Positions 9,148 through 16,869 of a stretch of 50,965 bases of DNA are shown here, in pieces. Origin of the DNA: an uncultured bacterium. GTDB lineage: Bacteria > Verrucomicrobiota > Kiritimatiellia > RFP12 > UBA1067. The notes under the pieces were generated by a model. It made no database searches, was not told the DNA's origin, and was given only the letters and a program-made list of their open reading frames with translations. Position 1 is the first letter of the stretch; every line of letters starts with the position of its first letter. The translations under genes and the position numbers were made by a program. Location: NCBI GenBank assembly GCA_902803135.1, contig CADCPA010000133.1, positions 1-50,965 on the forward strand, in the 5' to 3' direction.

Positions 9148-10239
9148 ATGAGAGTCGTAATGCTGGTTCTGACGTTCGTCTGGGGAATGGCCGCAAGAGG
9201 CAGCTCCGCTGCTTCTGCGGGAGGCGTGTTGACGGCGGAGGAGATGAAGGCCGTCTACGAGGAGGTGAAGACGCCGTACAAGTACGGACTCATCCTCGTG
9301 CCGGAGAAGGGCGAGATGCTCGACAATCCATGCGTCTACCGTCTCGGCGACAAGTGGCACATGCTCTTCGTGCGTTTCGACGGCAGGGGCTACGAGACGC
9401 ATCTTGCCGAATCGGACGACCTGGTCCACTGGTCGCGAAAGGGCTGCGTGTTCAAGCGCGCCGCCGAGAAGGACGCCTGGGATGCGGCGCAGGCCGACCT
9501 CTGGCCGATCCTCCTCGATGCCCGCTGGGAGGCGCCGAATACGATTCAGAAGTTTGAAGGCCGCTACTGGGGCATGTACATCGGCGGCGCCTTGAACGGT
9601 TATGAGACCGATCCGCTCTCGACGGGCGTCGCCTGGACCGACGATGCGGCGGCCGCGAAACCGTGGCGGCGCGCCGAGGGCAATCCCGTCCTGCGTGCCG
9701 CCGACCCGGATGCGCGCGCCTTCGAGAAGAAGACGATCTACAAGCACTACGTCGTCGAAGACCCGACGCGCGCGCTGGGCGGGCGCTTCGTGAGCTTCTA
9801 CAACGCGAAAGAGCCGAAGCACGGGCAGGAATGCATCGGCGTCGCGGCGAGCGACGACCTGCGCCGCTGGAAACGCTGGGGCACGGAGCCGGTGATCTCC
9901 GACGCGCTGCCCGGACGGCACGGCATCTCGGGCGATCCGATGATCAAGCGCATTGGCGACGTGTGGGTGATGTTCTACTTCGGCTGCGGCTGGGGCGGAC
10001 CGGGCGCATTCGACACGTTCGCGTGCTCGCGCGACCTCAAGACCTGGACGAAGTGGACCGGCCCCAAGCTCGTCCAGCCCTCCGAGCCCTGGGACGCGCG
10101 CTACGCGCACAAGCCGTGGGTCGTGAAGCACGACGGCGTCGTCTACCATTTCTACTGCGCGGTGGGCAACCGCGGCCGCGCGCTTGCGCTGGCGACTTCG
10201 AAACCGATTTCCAAAGAAGCAAACGAAAAGGGCAACTGA
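9148..10239 (+). CDS. Glycoside-hydrolase-like five-bladed beta-propeller protein (GH43/GH32/GH130 superfamily-like)
   Basis: Track ORF 9067-10239 trimmed to ATG9148, preceded by AAGGAGG. Signal-like MRVVMLVLTFVWGMAARGSSAASA. Repeated propeller-type segments (DNPCVYRLGDKWHMLFV, YWGMYIGG, GRFVSFYNA, GDPMIKRIGDVWVMFYFG, HKPWVVKHDGVVYHFY). Confidence 0.6.
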   Translation: MRVVMLVLTFVWGMAARGSSAASAGGVLTAEEMKAVYEEVKTPYKYGLILVPEKGEMLDNPCVYRLGDKWHMLFVRFDGRGYETHLAESDDLVHWSRKGCVFKRAAEKDAWDAAQADLWPILLDARWEAPNTIQKFEGRYWGMYIGGALNGYETDPLSTGVAWTDDAAAAKPWRRAEGNPVLRAADPDARAFEKKTIYKHYVVEDPTRALGGRFVSFYNAKEPKHGQECIGVAASDDLRRWKRWGTEPVISDALPGRHGISGDPMIKRIGDVWVMFYFGCGWGGPGAFDTFACSRDLKTWTKWTGPKLVQPSEPWDARYAHKPWVVKHDGVVYHFYCAVGNRGRALALATSKPISKEANEKGN

Positions 10240-13205
10240 TGAAAAAGATCCTTCTGCCGATGATGGTGGCGGGCCTTGCCGCCGGACTCTGGGCGATGCC
10301 CCGGCCGAACGCCTTCTCCGCGCCCGAGGGGCGCGACCGCGCGAATACGGGGCCGCTCTTCTGGATGCACGGCGACGAGACGGAGGCGCGCCTGCGCGAA
10401 TACGTGGGGCGCGTCGCCGAGAGCGGGCAGAGCATCCTCACGATCGAGTCGCGGCCGCACATCGACTGGATGCGCGCGGGCTGGTGGCGCGACGTGGACA
10501 TCGTCCTCGACGCGTGTCGCCGGCACGGCGTCCAGATGATGGTGTTCGACGACTACTGGTGGCCGAGCCAGGGCATGGGCGGCAAGTACCCGATCCCGGA
10601 ACGGTTCCAATGTCGCGACATCAAAGCTGCGGTTTACGCGAAAGGCGAAGCGCCGGAAAAGGTGGAGAACGAAATCTGCCGTGTCGCCGCGACGGAGACG
10701 GCGAAGGGCGTATTCCGTCTCGGCGCCGGCGGGGACAAGACGATCGTGTATTCCTGGTGCGTGCCGCCGAATGGCAGGGTGCAGGGCCTTGGCGGTTCGC
10801 AGGGGCGCTTCCCGTATGTGAACGGGCTGGACGAAGAGGCGGTCGACTGGTTCCTTGCCAACTACTACCAGCCCTACTACGACCGCTACAGGTCTGCGTT
10901 CGAGGACGGCACGATTCCCGGCTTCTTCTTCGACGAGCCCGAGACGATGGGCGTGTGGGGCCCGGCGCTCGAGAAGGAGCTGGCGGCGCGCGGCGAAGAC
11001 GTCGGCGAACTGCTCACGGCGTTCAAGTTCAAGCTGGCCGATCCCGACGCGCAGTCGCGCGCCTTCTACCGCTACCACGACGCGCGCGCGGAGGTGTGGG
11101 GGCGTACGATGTACGGCCGGCAGAGCGACTGGTGCCGGAGGCACGGCGTGTACTCCAGCGGACATTTCATGGAGCACGCCGGCGACTTCTACAGCCATTC
11201 GCTGTCCGGCGGCAACGTGATGCAGCTGATGAAGTACGTGGAGGTGCCGGGCGTCGACCTCGTGTGCCGCCAGTACTACCCGAACCAGCGCGAGGACCGC
11301 GGCCGCCAGATCAACTTCGGCCAGATGCCGAAGATCGGCTCGTCCACGGCGCATGTGTACAACCGCCACAACGGCCTCAACTGGTGCGAGATCTTCGGCG
11401 CGTATGGACAGGACCTCACCTACCCGCAGATGAAGTGGCTCTGCGACTGGCACCAGTCCCAGGGGTGCTACTACCTGATCCCGCACTCGTTCAACCCGAA
11501 GGCTCCGAACGACAGAGACTGCCCGCCGTACTTCTACAACGGCGGCTATGAGCCGCGCTATCCGCTCTTCCGCGTGTGGGCGGACTACAACAACCGCTGC
11601 GCCCTGCTGCTGTCGGAGGGCGAGCACGTCTGCCGCATCGCGCAGTGCGTGCCGGGCATGAGCTTCCACGTGGGCAAGACGATCCGCCCCGAGATGTTCG
11701 CGTTCGCGATCCAGGACGCGCAGCTCGACAGCGACTGGATGGGGTACGACGCAATCGAAACCGCCATCATCTGCAAGCACCCGCGCACGAGACGCGTCGC
11801 GCTCCGCACGGCGAACGGCAAGGAGCTGTACGACATCCTCACGCTCCCCGCGACGGAGTATGTGCCGTTTGCGACGCTGGAGAAGGCGCTTGCGTTCGCG
11901 AAGGTGGGCGGCGTGGTGGTGGGCTACGGCATCAGGCCGTGCAAGACGCCCACGAAGGGCAAGACCAACGAGGCGGCGCGAAAGATCGTGGACGAGATCT
12001 TCGCGCAGCCGACCGCGATTTTCATCGAGGGCGAGCCGAACGGGGCGCAGCTGCGCGCCGCGCTGGCGAAGAACTATCCGGGCACGACGGCGCCGCTCGC
12101 GGTGCGCGACCTCGACTTCCGCGGCCTTTCCGCGGAGGACGGGCGCAGGCTCGCGGTGAACCACTACGAGAAGGACGGCGACCGGATCTTCTTCATCGCG
12201 AACCAGGATTGCGTGCGTCCGCGCAACCTGCTCGTCGTGACGGATCCGGCGAAGGGACTGTCTCCCGCGGCGGCCGAACTCTGGGATCCGATGCAGGGCA
12301 CGGTGGAGAAGCCGGCGCTGACGACGGCTGGAATCAGCCTTCCGCTCGCGCCGAGCGGTGCGGCGTTCCTCGTGTGGCCGAAGCAGCCGACGGCGAACGT
12401 GCTGCCGCGTGTCGAGCAGCCGAAGGGCGCGGCGCTTGCGGCGACCGTCAAGGAGACGGTGACGCCAGTCGTGATGGACGGCGACGAGACGGCCGTCGAC
12501 CGGATGTTCAGGGGCGCCAAGTGGATCTGGCATCCGGTGAACCGCGACGCGGCGGGCAAGGTGACGTTCCGCACGACGGTCGACCTCGCGAAGGCTGGCA
12601 CGGCGAAGCTCGTCTTCTCCTGCGACAACGCGGCTGAAGTCCGTGTGAACGGCCGACTCGTCGCCAAGCAGGATCTCGGCGGCCGCGATTACAACGGGTG
12701 GCGCACGCCGACGAATGCGGACGTTGCGTTCGCGGCGGGCCGCAGCCTGATCGAGGTCGTGGGCGACAATGCCATTCCGGGGCCGGCGGGCTTCCTCGCG
12801 GCGTTCAAGCTGCCGGACGGACGCTTCCTGCGCACGGATGCGAACTGGGAGGTGACGCGCGACGGCAAGACGTTCGTGAAGGCCGGCGACGGCGGCACGT
12901 ACGGGTGCGGTCCGTGGGGCGGTTTTGGCTCGCCGCGCCGGACGGCGAGTCCGGTCACCGAGTCGGTCGAGACGACGCTGTCGTTCACGTGCCCGAAACT
13001 CGCGGCGACGGAGCGTCTCTACCTCGTGTGCGACGACGTCGCGGTCGAGCAGAGCGCGGCCGTGACCGTGAACGGCGTCTTTGCGGGCGGTTTCATCGGT
13101 GCGCCCTACCGTCTCGACGTCACGAAGGCGGTGAAGGCGGGGGACAACACGCTCGCCCTCAAGCCGTTCCGCGTGAAGAATCCGCGCCTTGTGGTGCAGA
13201 AGTAG
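10239..13205 (+). CDS. Large secreted glycoside-hydrolase-like protein (N-terminal TIM-barrel-like half, two C-terminal galactose-binding-like beta-sandwiches; GH106-type resemblance)
   Basis: Track ORF 9663-13205 trimmed to ATG10239 (MKKILLPMMVAGLAAGLWA signal), overlapping the previous stop by 1 nt. PLFWMHGDE...ILTIESRPH...MMVFDDYWWPSQGMGGKYP is typical of this hydrolase class. C-terminal AKWIWHP... and ..VTVNGVFAGG..YRLDVTKAVKAGDNTLALKP are sugar-binding-type sandwiches. Confidence 0.6.
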   Translation: MKKILLPMMVAGLAAGLWAMPRPNAFSAPEGRDRANTGPLFWMHGDETEARLREYVGRVAESGQSILTIESRPHIDWMRAGWWRDVDIVLDACRRHGVQMMVFDDYWWPSQGMGGKYPIPERFQCRDIKAAVYAKGEAPEKVENEICRVAATETAKGVFRLGAGGDKTIVYSWCVPPNGRVQGLGGSQGRFPYVNGLDEEAVDWFLANYYQPYYDRYRSAFEDGTIPGFFFDEPETMGVWGPALEKELAARGEDVGELLTAFKFKLADPDAQSRAFYRYHDARAEVWGRTMYGRQSDWCRRHGVYSSGHFMEHAGDFYSHSLSGGNVMQLMKYVEVPGVDLVCRQYYPNQREDRGRQINFGQMPKIGSSTAHVYNRHNGLNWCEIFGAYGQDLTYPQMKWLCDWHQSQGCYYLIPHSFNPKAPNDRDCPPYFYNGGYEPRYPLFRVWADYNNRCALLLSEGEHVCRIAQCVPGMSFHVGKTIRPEMFAFAIQDAQLDSDWMGYDAIETAIICKHPRTRRVALRTANGKELYDILTLPATEYVPFATLEKALAFAKVGGVVVGYGIRPCKTPTKGKTNEAARKIVDEIFAQPTAIFIEGEPNGAQLRAALAKNYPGTTAPLAVRDLDFRGLSAEDGRRLAVNHYEKDGDRIFFIANQDCVRPRNLLVVTDPAKGLSPAAAELWDPMQGTVEKPALTTAGISLPLAPSGAAFLVWPKQPTANVLPRVEQPKGAALAATVKETVTPVVMDGDETAVDRMFRGAKWIWHPVNRDAAGKVTFRTTVDLAKAGTAKLVFSCDNAAEVRVNGRLVAKQDLGGRDYNGWRTPTNADVAFAAGRSLIEVVGDNAIPGPAGFLAAFKLPDGRFLRTDANWEVTRDGKTFVKAGDGGTYGCGPWGGFGSPRRTASPVTESVETTLSFTCPKLAATERLYLVCDDVAVEQSAAVTVNGVFAGGFIGAPYRLDVTKAVKAGDNTLALKPFRVKNPRLVVQK

Positions 13206-13219
13206 GAGAGGTGCGAGAG

Positions 13220-15523
13220 ATGTCTGTGAATGTGAACCTGATCGCCTGCATGGTCCTGTCCGGCCTCCTGCTCGTCGGCTGCGGAAAGGGCAAAGACGAG
13301 GTTGTACCCCTGCCCGCGGTTCCGGCCGCGGACGAGGGGCTGGCGCTTGTGCCGGGCTGGTCGGCGGTGACGAATGACGCCGCCGTGAAGAAGGTGGTGC
13401 GCTGCGACGAGAAGTCCGGTGCGCGGTTCCTCGCCCCCGGCGTCCTCGAGATGCCGGTCGAATTCGCGGGCGACAAGCCGCCGGCGCGCGCGAACTGGGA
13501 TCTGCGCCTGCCGTGCGACCTCTCGAACTACGACGGCGTGCAGTTCGACTTCTACTGCGACGACCTCGACCAGTTCTCGAGCTTCAGTTTCTACTTCAAG
13601 AGCGGCGACGGCTGGTATCACGGCTCGTTCGAGGCGGAGGACAACGGCGTGTGGCAGCGCGTGCGCGTGTTGAAGTCGCAGGTGGAGTCCGAAGGCAAGG
13701 CGGACGGCTGGGACAAGGTCGCCGCGTTCCGCATCTCCGGCTGGCGCGCCGGCTCGCGGAATTTCCGCTGCGGCGTCGCGAACGTCGCGTATCTCGGCGG
13801 CGGCCAGCCCGACGTCGCCCTCGTCTACGCGGCGTCGCTCGCGGCGCAGAAGGGTCCGGAGGAGAAAAACTACCTCCATTTCGCGGATACGATTGCCGGC
13901 ACGCTGCGCACGCTCGGACTCGTCCCGCGCGTCGTGGGTGACACCGAGCTGACCGCCGGTCTGCTGAAAGACGTGAGCGCGGTCGTGCTGCCGTACAACC
14001 CCTCGTTTCCGGCGGAGAAGCTCGTCTTGCTGCAGGACTATGTCGCCGCGGGCGGACGCTTCCTCGCCTGCTATTCGCAGCCGCCTTCCGTGACCGATCT
14101 CCTCGGCGTGAAGCTGAACGGTTCGAAGCGTCCCGAGTCGGACGGCAGTGCCGCCATCGCGGGCTTTCTGAAGGCGGACAAGCCGCTGCCCGGCCAGCCC
14201 GACTATGCGTCGCAGGCGTCGTGGATGACGATGCTGCCGGAACGGGGGCCGGGCGTCGAGGTGGCGGCGGAATGGGCGTCGGGAGACAGGAAGGGGCTTG
14301 GCATTCCCGCGCTTGTGCGCACAAAGCGCGGACTCTACCTCAGCCATGTCTGGCTCGGCGGCTCGGATGCGGCGGATGTCGCGTTCATGCGTGCGATGAT
14401 CGCCGACCTTGCGCCGAATCTCGGCGAGAAGCTGGCCAAGCGTTCGGCCGACGAGGCGAAGCGGCACGACGAGCTGAAGGCCTGGCTGGCGGACCGTCCG
14501 TCGAAGCCGGGCGAGCGGCGCGCCCTCTGGTGCCATAGTGCGCGCGGCCTCGGCGGCGGACGCGACTGGGATGCGTCCATCAAGTTCCTGAAGGAGAACG
14601 GCTTCAACACGATCATACCGAACCTCTGCTGGGGCGGCGTCGCGTTCTATCCGTCGACGGTGCTGCCCGTCGCGGGCGACGTCGCAACGAAGGGCGATGC
14701 GTTTGAGCAGTGTCGGGCGGCCTGCCGCAAGTACGGCGTCGAGATGCACGTGTGGAAGGTCTGCTGGAACATGGGCCATCCCACGTCGGAGGCTTTCGTC
14801 AGAAAGATGGTGGAGGCGAAGCGTACGCAGGTGGATGCCAGGGGCAAGGCGCAGGAGCGGTGGCTCTGTCCGTCGCATCCGGACAACCAGCAGCTGGAAA
14901 TCGACGCGATGGTCGAACTGGCGAAGAAGGGTCCGGACGGCATCCACTTCGACTACATCCGCTACCCGAGCTCGGAGTGCTGCTTCTGCGACGGCTGCCG
15001 CGAGCGGTTCGAGGCCGTGCACGGCGCGAAGGTCGAGGACTGGCCGAGGGACGTGCGCGACGAGAAGAAGCTCAGGAAAGAATGGAACGCCTTCCGCGCG
15101 GCGAACATCACGAAGGTGGTGAAGACCGTGTCCGAACGCGTACGCGCGGAGGCGCCGGGCGTCAAAATTTCGGCCGCGCTCTTCCGCAGTCCGTCCTCGG
15201 ATCCCGAGACGGTTGCGCAAGACTGGCCGCTGTGGTGCCGTGAAGGGTATCTCGACTTCGCCTGCCACATGGACTACGTCAATTCGACGCCGCTCTTCCG
15301 CGGTCAGCTCAAGGCGCAGCTGAAGGCGGCGGGCAAGGTGCCGCTCTTCCCCGGCATCGGACTTTCCTGCTGGCCGAACGACGGCCGCGACGCGGAACGT
15401 CTCGCCAAGCAGATTCAGGCGGCGCGCGACCTCGGCGCGCCCGGTTTCACCGTCTTCAATTTCGACCGCCGCGCGGAGCTCGCGCTGCCGCTGATGCGGC
15501 TCGGCGTCACCAAGGAGGATTGA
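13220..15523 (+). CDS. Lipoprotein with glycoside hydrolase-like family 10 (GHL10/DUF187) domain
   Basis: Track ORF 12698-15523 trimmed to ATG13220. Lipobox MSVNVNLIACMVLSGLLLVGC. C-terminal half ALWCHSARGL...IKFLKENGFNTIIPNLCWGGVAFYPS...DGIHFDYIRYP...WREGYLDFACHMDY matches the GHL10 pattern. Confidence 0.7.
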   Translation: MSVNVNLIACMVLSGLLLVGCGKGKDEVVPLPAVPAADEGLALVPGWSAVTNDAAVKKVVRCDEKSGARFLAPGVLEMPVEFAGDKPPARANWDLRLPCDLSNYDGVQFDFYCDDLDQFSSFSFYFKSGDGWYHGSFEAEDNGVWQRVRVLKSQVESEGKADGWDKVAAFRISGWRAGSRNFRCGVANVAYLGGGQPDVALVYAASLAAQKGPEEKNYLHFADTIAGTLRTLGLVPRVVGDTELTAGLLKDVSAVVLPYNPSFPAEKLVLLQDYVAAGGRFLACYSQPPSVTDLLGVKLNGSKRPESDGSAAIAGFLKADKPLPGQPDYASQASWMTMLPERGPGVEVAAEWASGDRKGLGIPALVRTKRGLYLSHVWLGGSDAADVAFMRAMIADLAPNLGEKLAKRSADEAKRHDELKAWLADRPSKPGERRALWCHSARGLGGGRDWDASIKFLKENGFNTIIPNLCWGGVAFYPSTVLPVAGDVATKGDAFEQCRAACRKYGVEMHVWKVCWNMGHPTSEAFVRKMVEAKRTQVDARGKAQERWLCPSHPDNQQLEIDAMVELAKKGPDGIHFDYIRYPSSECCFCDGCRERFEAVHGAKVEDWPRDVRDEKKLRKEWNAFRAANITKVVKTVSERVRAEAPGVKISAALFRSPSSDPETVAQDWPLWCREGYLDFACHMDYVNSTPLFRGQLKAQLKAAGKVPLFPGIGLSCWPNDGRDAERLAKQIQAARDLGAPGFTVFNFDRRAELALPLMRLGVTKED

Positions 15524-15524
15524 A

Positions 15525-15549
15525 AGGAGATCGCTCTCCTGCCGTTTTT
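15525..15549 (+). terminator. Weak intrinsic-terminator-like hairpin after the GHL10 gene
   Basis: AGGAGA-TCGC-TCTCCT (6-bp stem, 15525-15540), then GCCG and T5 (15545-15549). The short stem and non-adjacent T-run give low confidence. Confidence 0.3.
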
Positions 15550-15572
15550 CTTGACGGGGAAACACAACTACC

Positions 15573-16865
15573 ATGAATATGACCGCCCTGATTGTCCTCG
15601 CCGTTTTGGCGCTTGTCTCCACATTGTCCGCCCTCGCGCTGCTGCTGAGCCTGCTGAAGGCCGAACGGGAGGCGACCCTGCAGCGCGGCTCGGCCGACCT
15701 GCTGAAGCAGCAGGTCGAGCAGGAGCGGCAGCGGTTGCTGGACGCCGCGGCCGGCTTCGAGAAGCGGCTGGCCGACAAGGATGCGGCGTGGCGCCAGCGG
15801 TTGGAGGAGAAGGAGGCGGACTGCATCCGCCTGTCGAACCAGTCGGTCGAGACGTTGCGCGAGCAGTTCGCGCGTCTGGCGCAGGAAAAGCTCGCGGCTT
15901 CGAGCGAAGGCCTGTCGGAGATGAATCAGAAGCGCATCGCCGAGTTGATGGCGCCGTTTCGGGAGCAAATCGAAGGCTTCCGCAAGGCGTTTGAGGAGAA
16001 CCGCCGCCAGCAGGTCGTGAACAAGGCGAGTTTCGACCAGGCCATCAAGGACCTCGGCGACCGTGCGCTCCAGATCGGCGCGGATGCCGAGAATCTCGCA
16101 AAGGCGCTCAAAAACGAATCGAAGACCCAGGGCGATTGGGGGGAGATGGTGCTGGCCAACATTCTGTCCGCGGCGGGTCTGAAGGAAGGGCTGGACTTCT
16201 TCCCGCAGGCGCAGGAAGTGGACGGCCAGGGCAACAAGCTGATTCCCGACGTGGAGATTCCGCTGCCCAACAAGGAGAAGCTGCTTGTCGACTCGAAGGC
16301 GTCCGTCACCGCCTATCTCGACTACGTTGCCGCGACTGACGAAGCCGCGCGTGCGTGTGCGGTCAAGGCCCATGTCGCGTCCGTCCGCAAGCACATGGAA
16401 GAGCTGGCGGCCAAGGACTACATCAAGAAGGTGAAGGGCTCGCAGGGGTACATCCTGATGTTCATCCCGAACGAAGGCAGCTATCTGCTCGCCATGGAGC
16501 ATGACCGGAAGCTGGCGACGGATGCGTTTCGCAAGCACGTGATTATCGTCAATCCGACGACCCTGCTGCTCTGCCTTCAGATTGTGGCGCTCCTCCGCAG
16601 CCGCGAGGCGCAGAACGAGAATGCGGAGCGCATTTCGGCCGCGGCGGCCAGGATGTACGAGAAATTCGCCGGCTTCTCCGAGACGTTTGCCGACCTCGGG
16701 AAGCGTCTCGACGGTCTTGCCGGGGTGTACAAGAAGGCGAACGGACAACTGTGCGAGGGGCCGGCCAACGTGGTCAAGCAGCTCGAGGCGTTGAAGGGCA
16801 TGGGCGTGGTGACGGCCAAGACCGTCAACGAGAGACTGCTGGCCGACGCGAATGTCGGGGTGTAG
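15573..16865 (+). CDS. rmuC: DNA recombination protein RmuC
   Basis: 430 aa. N-terminal TM segment, long coiled-coil region, then RmuC domain motifs KTQGDWGEMVLANIL...IPDVEIPLPNKEKLLVDSKASVTAY...ILMFIPNEGSY...VIIVNPTTLL. Confidence 0.85.
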   Translation: MNMTALIVLAVLALVSTLSALALLLSLLKAEREATLQRGSADLLKQQVEQERQRLLDAAAGFEKRLADKDAAWRQRLEEKEADCIRLSNQSVETLREQFARLAQEKLAASSEGLSEMNQKRIAELMAPFREQIEGFRKAFEENRRQQVVNKASFDQAIKDLGDRALQIGADAENLAKALKNESKTQGDWGEMVLANILSAAGLKEGLDFFPQAQEVDGQGNKLIPDVEIPLPNKEKLLVDSKASVTAYLDYVAATDEAARACAVKAHVASVRKHMEELAAKDYIKKVKGSQGYILMFIPNEGSYLLAMEHDRKLATDAFRKHVIIVNPTTLLLCLQIVALLRSREAQNENAERISAAAARMYEKFAGFSETFADLGKRLDGLAGVYKKANGQLCEGPANVVKQLEALKGMGVVTAKTVNERLLADANVGV

Positions 16866-16869
16866 GACA

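Noticed and set aside
9663-10238. N-terminal extensions of track ORFs (9663-, 12698-, 19398-, 22397-, 27829-, 7161-, 7594-, 47585-)
   Set aside because: The extensions overlap the preceding gene and translate to Arg-rich junk. Internal ATGs with an RBS and a signal peptide or family N-terminus (10239, 13220, 19713, 22538, 28186, 7221, 7630, 47681) fit far better.
10152-12533. Long minus-strand ORFs opposite real + genes (10152-12533, 13106-15826, 20661-22436, 22427-24577, 28108-29922, 34109-36814, 15507-16886, 16825-17877, 18796-19830)
   Set aside because: All those whose phase I checked are the codon-aligned complement of the sense gene. They give Arg-rich compositions and contain no motifs. 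Sense genes on the + strand have family signatures (RmuC, AddA/B, NadB and others).
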